A stretch of DNA of 64,000 nt, from assembly GCA_951406725.2 (NCBI GenBank), contig OX597827.1, positions 28,024,001 to 28,088,000 on the forward strand. The letters are read 5' to 3'. The translations under genes were made by a program, and so were the position numbers. This document shows positions 14,200 to 27,463 of the stretch, one piece after another (the stretch's first letter is position 1; each line of letters begins with the position of its first letter). The notes below the pieces were generated by a model that ran no database searches, was not told the DNA's origin, and worked only from the letters and a program-made list of their open reading frames with translations. This stretch comes from Octopus vulgaris (Eukaryota).

Positions 14200-15169
14200 C
14201 ATACATATGTGCATATATACGGTACACACGCACACACACTCACACCGTATATTCATGTTAGGTCTGACTCCGTACAATTTTCGAGCCTCGATTTTCAAAT
14301 CCCTTGTAATATTTTCAGCACTTGTAGTTTGAAGCATCATCCACTACTTTACATGATTCTCCTTATCGTAGGCATAACGGAAAGCTGTCTGATCCTTCAT
14401 CCTTTACTTAACGCTTCCATAAAGCATGAAATGATTTTAGTCTTGTCAGACATCTTCACAACATACTTTTCCTCTTCAAAAACGAAATAAAAAGTTTTCG
14501 GGAACGCTTACCGACACCTATGTAACACAAATGATTACATATGACCGTATTATCTACTCTTTATTCATCCACAGATATAGAAAGAATTGGAAGGCGACAT
14601 ACCTCTTGCAGTGTGGTATGTAAACATATCAGACTCGTTTGGAGTGGTGCAGGCGGTACAAATAGTAAACTACAAACCAATTAACCGGTGCTTTGTTACA
14701 GTTCGCCTAATTATCGGTATATCCACTTCCCTCAACTAGACTAATTACCAATGTATCCAGTTACACCCTGTTGTTGGTTTTAAACCTGTTCAACATAATT
14801 TTAAGCTTTGCCCATCCGTGTGTCAACGAGTAAATTACATGCAGTTTGCCACAAACTTTAGCTACAAGAATTTGTCGCTGGTGGAGAGGCAAGCAGAAGC
14901 CATAACAAAGTTTGGAATAGAAGAGAGAGCTGTGTCTACGCTTGCAGAGAGAGGGAGAGAGAGAGAGAGAGAGAGAGTCTACTAGCCTGGATGAAATGTT
15001 GTTATACAAATAGATGAATCAGGAAAAGAGTTGTAAATGATTCAATTTAGAAAATGAAATGAGCGACTGGACATCTAACGTTTGTAAGGATGGATTGTCA
15101 CATCGAGTGCCATGCGGTTTTATAATTTAAATGAATAAAAAAATGATAAAGGGTGGAATATCCAAATGT

Positions 15170-15328
15170 GTGACGTGCTGGGTAGAAATGCTTAGTGGTA
15201 TTTCGTCTGCCGCTACGTTATGAGTTCAAATTCCGCCGCGGTCGATTTTGCTTTTCATCCTTTCGGGGTCGATAAATTAATTACTAGTTGTGAACTGGGG
15301 TTGATCTAATCGACTGGCTCCCACTCCC
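15170..15328 (+). mobile_element. SINE family B
   Basis: gagttcaaattccgcc...tttcatcctttcggggtcgataa core. Confidence 0.85.
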
Positions 15329-15581
15329 ACAATGTAACTGACCGCCTACGTGGACGTTCGTATCATTCTCTACGTAACTTTTCAAATTATTTTTACTTAC
15401 CCCTTTCTACTCAACCAACAAAATACGATCCAAAAAATGACTTTATGAAATGTTTTCATTGTATGTCTTTCCTACCTCTGTTTTTGTCAAAATATGTATC
15501 CCTCCTCTTTCTCTCTCCTCCTCTCTCTCTCCTCTTCCCCGCTCTCTCACTTTCTCCCTTCTATAGCAAAATTAATCAAAT

Positions 15582-15751
15582 AGGCGCAGGAGTGGCTGTG
15601 TGGTAAGTAGCTTGCTTACCAGCGACATGGTTCCGGGTTCAGTCCCACTGCGTGGCATCTTGGGCAAGTGTCTTCTACTATAGTCTCGGGCCGACAAAAG
15701 CCTTGTGAGTGGATTTGGTTGACGGAAACTGAAAGAAGCCCGTCGTATATA

Positions 15752-15839
<88 letters not shown>

Positions 15840-16067
15840 ACGCGCGCGCGCGTATGTTTGTGTGCCTGTTTTTGTCCCCCTAGCATTGTTTGACAACCGA
15901 TGCTGGTGTATTTATTCCCCGTCATTTAGCGGTCCGGAAAAAGACACCGATAGAATAAGTACTAGGGTTACAAAGAATAAGTCATGGGGTCGATTTGCTC
16001 GACTAAAGGCAGTGCTCCAGCATGGCCGCAGTCAAATAACTGAAACAAGTAAAAGAGTAAAAGAGTA
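15582..16067 (+). mobile_element. SINE family A, full length
   Basis: ggcgcaggagtggctgtgtgg (A box), gggttcagtccc (B box), internal (TA)n(TG)n, and gtaaaaga repeat tail. Confidence 0.92.
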
Positions 16068-16829
16068 AATGTTTTTTTGTGAAACGTTTAGTTATTTAGA
16101 AAAGAAGAGAGATTTTGTGTTTCTACTTCTGTTATAGTATACTCGCAAAATAATTTAAATCTGATTTAATACGAAGTGACATTCCTCAACAAAGCAGAAA
16201 AATCATGACGCAATGGATAAATTAATAAACCAATAAGTGAATATGAAGGGCCAATACGAAATAATAGTTTTTGACAACGGTTGTAATTGTCGTTGTCGTT
16301 GTTGTTTAGTTTGAGGTCAGCCTAAATTGAGGAGAGCGAAGATTAAGAACACATCCTGTCATTTGCTTTCAGTTTTCACTATCCTACTGTCTTTCCTCAA
16401 TAATTTATTTAATATGTTTTGTTTAATATGTAGGACCTTGTTTCAAAGGAGTAGGATGTGCTTTGAAGGGGACTTAGCTATTATTTCTGGTAGACTGAGA
16501 AATCGTATAGAAGTTTTAAAGTGTTAGGTTCCTTGTTTTTTGCTTTCAGATTTCTGCTAGAATTTGTAATCAAAGGTGATCCAATTGTGGCCAACATGTC
16601 TGTCTTTGTACTCCAAACACTTTGTCAAAAATAAGGATAGTGACCCTTTTAAACTCAGCTTATTAAATTTTACTTTAATTTTTTTTTCTTTCAGAAACAC
16701 AGAGTAGAAGGCGTTTGTAGGAAGTTGGAAGGACACCATTCGATGAAAGGAGCTGAAGTATAAGTAATTGGAAACCATTGATCTGATGTGCTTCATATTT
16801 TCTTTTCTTTCTTTTTTAGTCATTTAAGA

Positions 16830-16978
16830 CTTATCTACATTATTTACATTTGACGGATATTTGTCCTCATCTTGTTTGTTGTTAACACAACGTTTCGGCT
16901 GATATACTCTCCAGCCTTCATCAGGTGTCTTGGGGAAATTTCGAACCTGGGTTCTCATTCCTTAGGTATTTTTCGATG
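16830..16978 (-). mobile_element. HHR unit of family 1 element (3' part)
   Basis: Reverse complement of 20003-20150. Confidence 0.85.
16884..16929 (-). ncRNA. Minimal type I hammerhead ribozyme
   Basis: gacac CTGATGA a ggctg gagagtatat cagcc GAAA cg TT gtgtt. ACGT palindrome replaces stem III, as in PLE minimal HHRs. Confidence 0.8.
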
Positions 16979-16996
16979 TTGATGTTGTTGCTGTTG

Positions 16997-17151
<155 letters not shown>

Positions 17152-18061
17152 TTCAGTAGTTTTATTTTTATAACGTCCTTTCACTTCACTACCGAGCGCA
17201 GCTCTGTGTGCCTTGGGTATGTGCTGTGATTTGTTGTGATGCTCTGATGGTTACTGTATTGAAAGTGTTCTGCGTAGGATGTGTGCAGTGCCTAGTAGTG
17301 CTATTTTCTGTATGTTATATGTGTTTGTAAGTCGTGGTATTTTTGTTATGTATTTGTCTGAATATTTCTTTATCCTGCCTACTCTGATAGGAATTGTTTC
17401 TGCTTTTAGATTCCACATTCTAGTTACCTCTATTTCCAGGTCTTTGTATTTTGAAAGTTTCTCCATTTCTTTTAGAGACAAGTTGTCATCTGCTGGTATT
17501 AAATTAGTAAGCATTTTTTTTCTTCATGATCTCTGACAACTATATCTGGTCTGTTGGCCTTAATTTCACTATCTGTGTGTATTGGCATATCCCAGAGTAT
17601 GGTTGCTTTCTCGTTTTCTGTGACCTTTTCTGGTGTGTGCCAATACCATCTTTTTTCTGTTGTTATTCCATAATGTTGCCATAGCTTCCAGTGTATGTAG
17701 CTCCCAACTCTGTCGTGTCTGTGAATATATTCCGTCTTAGCCAGGACTGGGCAGCCAGAGATAATATGATTTATTGTTTCTTGTCCATCTCCACATATTC
17801 TGCAGTTACTTGTTATATTTCTTTTCATTACATGTTTTTGGTAATTTCTGGTCTTGGGCTGCAATTAAAAATCCCTCTGTCTCTGCTTTGAGACCTGAGC
17901 TTCTCAACCATTGCTAGGATTTTACTTTGTCTATTTCTTTTGCATTTAGTTTAGTCCAGTACTTGCCATGAAGGAGCTTTTCTTGCCATCGCTTTATCAT
18001 GGTCCGTTGCTGTTCCAGTTTTAGTTTGGATTTCATTTGCTTTATAGCTTTTGTTGTGTTT

Positions 18062-18093
<32 letters not shown>

Positions 18094-19548
18094 TTCTTCT
18101 TCTTCTTCTTCTTCTTCTTCTTCTTCTTCTTTTTCTTCTTCTTATTATTCTTATTATTATTCTTCTTCTTCTTCTTCTTCTTCTTCTTCTTCTTCTTCTT
18201 CTTCTTCATATTTGTTAGGTGGTATGATTTCTTGTTTGTATTTGTCAGCTTCCTTAAATACTGAGAACAATTTTTTGTTTTGCTCGTGTTTTGCTGCTAT
18301 TTGTATCAGTTTTTCTTGCTTCTGAAGTAGGTATTTTGCAGTCATATGGTGGTTATTTTATAGTAGTTTTCCAGCTTTATAAGGCCTCAACAACCTTCTA
18401 TACGTTGTATATATAGCCTTTCTATGTCAGATTTTGGGTGATGCATCCTAGATCCTGTCATTATTTTTCTTGTTTTCCTATCTATTTTGGTTAGTTCATT
18501 TAGCGTCCAGTTAAGGATATTGTAGCTGTAATTTATAACTGGGACGGCTAAAGTGTTAATACCTATTATCTTGTTTTTAGCATTGAGCTCTGTTTTTAGT
18601 TTTGATCTAACTCGTCTATAGTGTTCTTTCTTTATTTTCTCTTTCATTTGTGTGTGTTGTGTCTTATCTAGTTCATGGATTCCTAAATATTTGTAAGTTT
18701 GGCTTTGGTCTAATTCTCTTATTTCATTGGCTTTATCTAGTGTGATGCTGCTGCTCTTAACTTGTTTTCCTCTTTTCAGGGTTACTTTGGCGCATTTTTC
18801 TAATCCAAATTTCATATCTATTTCTTTGGTAAATCCATGAAATGTGTTTAATAGTGTTTCCAGCTGTTTGTCATTTGTAGCGTATAGTTTTAGGTCATCC
18901 ATATATAAAAGGTGGCTGATCGTTTTGCCGTAACATTTATATCCGCATCCAGTTCTATTTAGCAGTGCCAAGCAGAAAAGGAGTGGAGATAGCGTGTCTC
19001 CCTGGAATATTCCTCTTCTAATGGGGATGGCTTTGGTTTTCACGAGTCCCTCTTTTGTTTGGAGCTGTAGCACTGTCTGCCATTTATTCATAGAGTGTCC
19101 AATGTATTTTATAATTGTTGGTGCTACTTTGTTAATGGCTAGTGTTTCGTGGATCCATGTGTGGGAGATGATTTCAAACGCCTTTCTGTAGTCGATCCAG
19201 GCCATACTGAGGCCTTTCTTCTTTCTGTGGCTGTCTTCAGTTATAGCTTTATTGATCATTAGTTGATCTTTACAGCCATATGAGCCTTTGCGGCACCCCT
19301 TCTGCTCTTCTGGAAACAGGTTGTTTTCGTCCAAGTGCTTGTTCAATCTTTGTGATATTACTGCAGTGAATGCTTTGTACATTTTAGGGAGACAGGTTAT
19401 AGGTCTGTAGTTTTCTGGTTTTGCTGTCTCATTGGATTTCGGGATTAAGATGGTTTTCCCCTTCGTGAGCCATTCAGGCTCTGCCGATTTGTTGTTAAAG
19501 TTTTCAGCCAGCTTTTTGTGCATTCCTGTCAGATATTTCAACCAGAAA
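17152..19548 (-). mobile_element. R4/Dong-clade non-LTR retrotransposon, 5'-truncated and frameshifted, inserted in (TAA)n
   Basis: RT motifs, CCHC knuckle (CRICGDGQETINHIISGC), RLE (RPD...EKLSKY...IPI); (TAA)n on both sides. Confidence 0.93.
18387..19541 (-). pseudogene. Reverse transcriptase domain of the R4/Dong element
   Basis: YRPITCL, AWIDYRKAF, GIFQGDTLSPLLF, LLYMDDLKLY, YKYLG. Confidence 0.93.
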
Positions 19549-19590
19549 TATTATTATTATTATCATTATTATTATTATTATTATTATTAT

Positions 19591-19786
<196 letters not shown>

Positions 19787-19805
19787 GTGGGAAATTATGG
19801 AGTGA

Positions 19806-19828
19806 ATTTCAGGCAGTAACCTGAATAT

Positions 19829-19903
<75 letters not shown>

Positions 19904-19916
19904 CACCACCACCACC

Positions 19917-19962
<46 letters not shown>

Positions 19963-20188
19963 ATAATAATAATAATAATAATAATAACAACAACAACACT
20001 GGCATCAAAAATTACCTTAAGAATGAGAACCCAAGTTCGAAATTTCCCCAAGACACCTGAAGAAAGTTGGAGGTTATATCAGCCGAAATGTTGTGCTAAC
20101 AACAAACGAGACGAGGACAAATATCTGTCAAATGTAAATAATGTAAATAGTGTACATGATTCCTCATCTCTTAAATATAGAACTGTAT
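19806..20188 (+). mobile_element. Inverted partial copy of family 1 element: end of tRNA head, trinucleotide tract, HHR unit
   Basis: atttcaggcagtaac matches the head end. Then (CTA)n(CCA)n(TAA)n and HHR gacac CTGAAGA...cagcc GAAA tg TT gtgct at 20052-20097. Confidence 0.8.
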
Positions 20189-20504
20189 CATTTAAAACTT
20201 AACATCAAATGGCATTCCGACACAACAAACGAGAGTCTTCTTGGTAATCGTCCAAGAGTTACCCCCACCATAAAATAAAGAAGACAAAGATTCTGAAGAT
20301 AATACTTTTGTTGCAAGGAAGAAGCAGTGAGGTAAATACTGGTGTGGAAACCAACATACGGAAAGCGATCTAGGAATCATCCTGCCAGGACATGTTTTTT
20401 GAAGATATTTGTCTACTGATAAAAGACTTATTAAGGGCAATGCAGGGTAAGGAATTCTGTAGACAAGTGATTGATGCTGGTCATTCAGCGGACGATACAA
20501 TAAG

Positions 20505-20870
20505 TGGCACTCCGTCGTTTCGACCACGAGGGTTCCAGTTGATCCCATCAACGGAACAGCCTGCTCGTGAAATTAACGTACAAGTGGCTGAGCCCTCCAC
20601 AGGTATGTGTACCCTTAACGTAGTTCACGGGAAGATTTAGCGTGACACAGAATGTAACAAGGCTGGCTCTTTAAAATACAGGTACAACAGAAAGAGGAAG
20701 AAAGAGTGAGAGAAAGTTGTGGTGATAGAATACAGCAGAGTTCACAACCACCCCTGCCAGAACCTCGTGGAGCTTTAGGTTTTTTTCACTCAATAAACAC
20801 TCACATCGCTCGGTCTGGGAATCGAAACCGCGAGTCAGCTACCCTAACTACTGAGCCATTGCGCCACCAC
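20505..20870 (-). mobile_element. SINE family C
   Basis: Homologous to 9378-9750 over its full length. Confidence 0.85.
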
Positions 20871-21519
20871 ACAATAAGTAATAAATAATACATATGTGTC
20901 TTGATATTGCTATGGCGGCTACGTCTAACAGGTTAAGTAATTATGCTTGTGTTGGTAGCACTTCTCTTCGTCCGTAACGAACCTGTAGATTTTTTTTTTT
21001 CATTTCATAAATTATATCAATACATTCCTATGCTCCAGTTACGATAACATAAATTATAAGTGACGTCTAATTTAATCCTTTTAACAATACTAGCGAGTGA
21101 GATTTTGCCTGATGTTAGGAGCAGATCAAATGACCGCTTGGAATATCGTGCATTTTTTTCACTCATTGACCCTCATTGATCCGAAATAGTGAAGAAATTC
21201 TTCTTGCAATGTGGCCAGAGTGTAGATAACAAAAGAATACCTGTTTTACAGTTAACAACGACGTGTAAGTTATAAGCAACACATGCAAACATCTTCCACT
21301 CCCTCGGCAGTTTTCATAATGTCTATTGGTGTTAGAGCAGATATTAAATGCTAGTTAGCTTCACTCACATTTCAATATTTACACAGATATTTTGTAACAC
21401 TTTTAGCTCCGTACGTTATCACACGTCTTGATTTCATAACGACATAAATGATAGCCGAAGTGATGATGTACGTCAGTCACGACATTGCAAGTACAAACTA
21501 TACGCAGGCACATACCTAC

Positions 21520-21622
<103 letters not shown>

Positions 21623-22159
21623 CGCGTGTGTCTGTGTTGGTTTCCATTAAATCAGCTATAAGTCAATATTATGTTACCAAGCTGTCAGAATTGTGGATAT
21701 AGGCCGTCCTTTAAATGTAACTAGAATCGCTTTAGTTTGTATTCTCTACAAATCTTTCTTCGCCATTCCTTTAAGCTCTCTCTCTCTTTTCTCTCTCGTT
21801 CTCTCCCACTCTCTCTCTATCCCCCATCTCTCTCTCTCTCTCTCTCTCACTTTCTTGGTCATGCTTGCTCTCTCATTCTCCATCTCTCTCACAGCTTCTA
21901 TAACCCCTTTCTTTCAATCCCTCCTCTCTCCTTTTCACTCTACTGATATATGACATATACGCATATGTGTGTGTGTGTTTTTGTGTGTGTGTATGATTCA
22001 ACATAAAACTATGTATATTTTCTTCAGGTCTCCATGCAATTTTCTGCATACACGCACACACGCGTGTTCTTGTATATATATGTGTGTGTGTGTGTGTTCT
22101 CGTACGTATATATATAAATATATATATGTATACATTACATGTGTGTGTGTATTCTCTTA

Positions 22160-22543
22160 TTCTTTTATTCTTTTACTTGTTTCAGTCATTTGACTGCGAC
22201 CATGCTTTAGTCGAGCAAATTGACCCCAGGATTTATTCTTTTTAAATTTGTTACGTATATTATCGGTCTATTTTGCTGAATTGCTAAGTTACGGGGACGT
22301 AAACACAGCAACCCTCGGTTGTCAAGGGATGATGGCGCGACAAATACAGACACACAAACACACACACACGCACACTCACACACACATATACAACAGGCTT
22401 CTTTCAGTTTCCGTCTACCAAATCCACTCACAAGACTTTGTTCGGTCCGGGGCTATAGAAGAAGATACTTGCTCAAGGTGCTACGCATTGGGACTAAACC
22501 CGGAAGCACGTGGTTGGTAAGTTAGCTACTTAACACCCAGCCA
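22160..22543 (-). mobile_element. SINE family A
   Basis: Homology to 15582-16067. Confidence 0.88.
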
Positions 22544-22564
22544 ATCATACAATCATATATATAC

Positions 22565-22622
<58 letters not shown>

Positions 22623-22980
22623 AGGCGGGATTGTGTGTTTATGCATAAAGCTTATAGACCTAGTCTACCCATTTACATTTGTGCATTATACAATAAAACG
22701 TGAAAATCTTTGGCGGAACTGAAGAGCTATACAAGGGCGTCACATTGCATCGTCAATGATTCATATCAATGGTTCTTTCTGGCAATGGTTTTGCTCGTAT
22801 ATGAGAAATCAGCCATTACACGCACGCACACACACACATACACACATACGCACATGCGTATATATTGGTCAGATACACACACAGAGGCACACACATACAT
22901 ATATACAAATATTTATCTATATATCTATCTGTGTGTGTGTGTGTGTATATATACCTACATTTATATTTACATGCATATAT

Positions 22981-23032
<52 letters not shown>

Positions 23033-23157
23033 TGTTGTATTTGAGGATGATCTTGTTGCCCGTTTAGACAAATAAAACACACGAACTTTATATTTTCTAA
23101 TACAAAACGGCAGATTGTTAGGAAGAAGAGGTACAAAAAAGTAAGTCGAAAGCAAAG

Positions 23158-23201
23158 GACCACTGATGAGGTCACATAAGTGTGATGAAAGAACTCTGGC
23201 C
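23158..23201 (+). ncRNA. Candidate type I hammerhead ribozyme (slightly decayed)
   Basis: gacca CTGATGA g gtcaca taag tgtgat GAAA gaac TC tggcc. Confidence 0.55.
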
Positions 23202-23370
23202 GATATACAGTTGATATGAAAATAAAGCTGAAGCAAGTGAACACTGAATATACAGTGAGTGTGTTTTCATTGGCTAAACTGGCAACATAACCATCCCCAA
23301 ATACAACACTATTTGATTCAATACACGAATTCGTATCAAGAATCTTGCAAAACGAATATATAAATGTACT

Positions 23371-23406
<36 letters not shown>

Positions 23407-23503
23407 TACACATATATATATATATGATACATATATACAAATATGATACACATATACATATAAGATACATATATATGTGTATAGATGCACATCGAACATC
23501 CAG

Positions 23504-23975
23504 TGAGATGTTACGGTTTCGTTTGAAATGTGTTTGACCATAAAGTCAATATTTAAATAATGTAATTTGTTACACTCCTGAACGATGAGATGGTCTCACC
23601 TGGAAAGTCTTGCGTTATAAATTCAATGTTTAAACAATGTAAACTTTTATACTTTTAAAAAGATGTGATGGTCACTCCTGGAATATCTTTGACCATAAAA
23701 TCAATGGTTAGATAATGTAGTCAGTCTCTTACTACCGATAGAAAGCCGAGATGGTCGCACTTGGAATGTCGTTGACTCTAAAGTCAACATTTAGACAATG
23801 AAAACTTTTGCACACCTAAAAAGACGAGATGGGGCCACATGGAAAATCTTTCAACATAAAGTCAATATTTAAACAATGTAGACTTTTACATTCCTAAAAA
23901 GACGAGTTGGTCTCGCCTGGAATGTCTTTGACCATAAAGTCGATATGTAAAAAACATGAAACATCTCACATTCTG
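23504..23975. repeat. ~79-bp minisatellite, 6 diverged units
   Basis: gagatggtc..cctggaatgtctttgaccataaagtcaatatttaaacaatgta at ~23504, 23587, 23665, 23747, 23826 and 23904. Confidence 0.85.
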
Positions 23976-25199
23976 TTAAAATACTTTAAAATATTGTTTC
24001 ACTGCATTTAGCTGACGAAATTTATCCCCACTGGTCTACTAGACGATTGATATATTCCGTTCCGTTTGGGTGAAACACACCGTCTTTTTCCATTAGTCTT
24101 ATTTGAATAACTAACACGGATTCAGTAAAGTTCACTCCTTCGTGTTTCAATCAGATTCAAAACAGTCGCTGATTAAAAGGATAACGTATAAAATGAATCT
24201 CTACGATGAGAGTATTCGTTAATATTGAATTCCATACTTACATTACACACGTGGAGAGCATTATCCAAGGATTAAGAAGATAAATTATAACTTCAAATTC
24301 TGATATTCATCTGTATATTTCACTTTGCAACAAAATTCTTATTTATTTTTTTTTTCTTTGGTCTTTGGTCAGTAAGTGTTATTTTCTATTTGCTTCTATC
24401 TAAAAATCAAAAGAAACGACTACTATTCCCTTCAAAGTTTGCTCTTGTTACCTGGACGTCAATGTTGTAAAACTGACCTATTTTCTATGGCATTTCAAAC
24501 AGATTCAGCGCAGAGTTGCTGAAGCATAAATATCGTTATAGCAAATATTCTGCTCAATACCACAGCCCTGCTCGTCAGATGCTTGAGCATATCCCTTAGT
24601 GGCTGACAATATGTGCATTTCTGATCATGAGCAGGTGTGGTGGGGGATCATCATAACTACGTGTTGAGAGGGATTTTTTGGGTTTTAATAAATGTAACAA
24701 AAGCAAATTATGAAGGAAATATTATACATTTTATGTAAAATGTAACGTGTCTTGAATGGCCCAACAATGCAGAGTGGACCATAATAACCGCTATAATTTA
24801 ATTATCCATAGTCTCATATAATAATATTTCGGAATATAAAAATTCATTCTTCATAGATTGCTAGGAATTGATCGAGTCACAACTATAATCGGTTTTCCAA
24901 CGGTTACTGAATTTCTTTTTTCTCCGGAAGCGTCTCTGCAGTGGTCTCACGAAGCTCCTTCCGGAATTCCTCATGTGAAGTGCGTGAGGGCAGACATGTC
25001 TCAAGCTCCTATGTGTTGGCACATCCGCAGTGCTGCTTTTTCGTTATGTATTATACGTGCAGTTTCTTCTTTTATTTATAATACATGAGCATGTTATTAA
25101 AAATGAACCTACACGCATCCAGATGTAGCTAAATAATATATTGATTGCCAACTTCCAGCCTGTTATACTTTCATGTGATAAGCATATAGAAAATAACAG

Positions 25200-25560
25200 T
25201 TGCTACCCAAGGATAAAAAAACGTTATACAGTGTTATCTTACTATATAACTTCATTTTTATTTTAACCTCAGTCATGTCCAGCCCCTGACAACATCTCGG
25301 AAAAAAGCCGGATTCTAAAATCCTAAACTGAAAAAGGTTGGGAACGACCCTCCAACAATTAGCATGAGAATCTCCTCGCCCTACATTGCTGAAGACGTCT
25401 CTCATGCCCCAGAAGCACTATGGATTCAGTGAAAGAACCAAAACAGGATGACCAAAAGCTCTTTGCTCAGATATGGTTACAAGACCGGCCCAGCCACTTG
25501 TGCACGTGTAGAAGCAGATCTTACTATGGAGTACTGTCGTGACTGCCCCCTACTATCAAA
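25200..25560 (+). mobile_element. Decayed 3' end of a LINE (Ingi/Vingi-like C-terminus)
   Basis: RMTKSSLLRYGYKTGPATCARVEADLTMEYCRDCPLL resembles a degenerate C-terminal CCHC region. Confidence 0.4.
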
Positions 25561-26425
25561 CCCACGCAACTGAAAAGAATCGAACGTAGAGGAAAAGGTG
25601 TACTGCGTTAGCAACTTCGAGTTGAGTATTGCATAATAACCGACTCAGTTGAGTCGACTCCTTCGGAGCATATTCTGCATCAAAGTGGACGCAAGGTTCT
25701 TCGACGATCTGACGATGAGCAATCTGATACTCACCAAAATATATTCGTTTGCTTGAAATTAACGTGAAAGCAGTTAAGTAGAGCACAGACACGTGTACCG
25801 TTAATAAAACCCCCAGGTACAGCGAGCGAAACACTCTGTAACAAGGCTGGATATAGAAATTACTGGCGCAAGAGAGGGCGAGAGACAGAGATATATAGAT
25901 ACAGAGAGACAGCACGAAGAGAGTGGGGAAAGGAGAGAAAAAGGAAAAAAGAAAAAGAGAGATTGAGAGAGTGGTAAAGAAAAATCGGGCCGCCTTCTGA
26001 AATGGTACTTTATTGATCCTAAAAGGTTGAAAAACTAGGATGATCCAGGCAGAGTGTGAATTCAGAACGCAGAGAGGCAGAACGAGAATCTCAATGATAT
26101 TCTATTTGATGCTGTAACCATTCTGCGAATCCCTCGTTTTCCAAAATCAAACGTTGTGCTTTTCAGAAGTCACACACTTTTGGCAATTACTTTTTACCAA
26201 AACATAGTCGTAAAATAGTTTGCTATAAAATTCTTTCATCACAGAAAAGCAAAATTAATTATCACCCTAAAAAAAGAAAAAAAGAAAGAAGAAAACATTA
26301 ACAAAACTATAAATGTACCCACGAAGAATGTGTATTATGAGAGATCGATGTAAACATGCATCAACCGTTCCATATTGCTACGGGATGACTCCAGAGATTG
26401 CTGAGTGATAATTATGGTAGTCAAG

Positions 26426-26485
26426 TGACGTCATTGCAAATCAGGAAGACGTCACTGCTGCCACCTGCTGACGTAAGCAGGTGGC
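26426..26485. promoter_or_regulatory. Cluster of CRE-like and E-box motifs
   Basis: TGACGTCA (26426), GACGTCA (26448), gccacctgc-TGACGTAA-gcaggtggc (26460-26485). Confidence 0.35.
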
Positions 26486-27180
26486 GTTAATAGAATAGAA
26501 TGCAATTTTATCTATCCCAGCGAAGCCATAACACAAATACACACACACACACGTGCACGTGTTTATAAATATATATATACACACACAGACACATACATTC
26601 ATAATAAACATACACACAAGCAAAAATAATACACACGCACAAATACCCACACATACACACACATACGTACACTTACACGCACAGCCACTCTCGCACACAC
26701 GCATATACATACTCACATAGAAACAGACAGACACACAGCCATCATACATAGGTATACAGACAAGCAAAACAGCGCACATGCATACGGCTGCGAGGATACA
26801 TCAGCGACAGAGAGGCTTAGAGTTTCGTGCTAAATAATAGTAAACACAATCAACAAGTGATTTGGCACGAAACTCTAAACACTTGAGTCACTTATTGTGG
26901 TCTCCTACGTATAAAATAATATAAACATTCGAGTAGTAGCCTTCAACCATCGCTCGATCTATAACAATCATCCCACCGTTGGATTTTTGTAAACGGGTTC
27001 GCGTTTCAGCTTACATTCCTAACTAGTGTCCATTGAGAAAATGAGTCCACCCTACCGACTTTAAACTACCCCAGTTCTGAAGGCCCCTAGAAAAAAATAA
27101 AGGGAAAACAGAGGAAGAAAACCAAAGATCCAACCACTGTTTTTTTTCCAAGAAATAAATGTTTTAATGTTTCCTTTTGC

Positions 27181-27215
<35 letters not shown>

Positions 27216-27224
27216 TGCGTTATT

Positions 27225-27442
27225 GCCCACGGGGGGGGGGGAGTATAAACACAGAGGGGACAAATAAGGATAGACAAAGAGATTAAGTCGATTAGATCGA
27301 CTCTGGTACTTATTTGATCGACCCCGAAAGGATAAAAGGCAAAGTCAACCTCGGCGGAGTTTGAACTCAGAACGTAACGGCAGACGAAATACCGCTAAGC
27401 ATTTCTACCGACGTGTTAACGATTCTGCCAGCTCGCCACCTT
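27225..27442 (-). mobile_element. SINE family B
   Basis: Homology to other family B copies. Confidence 0.85.
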
Positions 27443-27463
27443 GTACATACATACATATATATG

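Noticed and set aside
23504-23975. CRISPR-like periodicity
   Set aside because: Whole units are homologous with no unique spacers, there are no cas genes, and the context is eukaryotic
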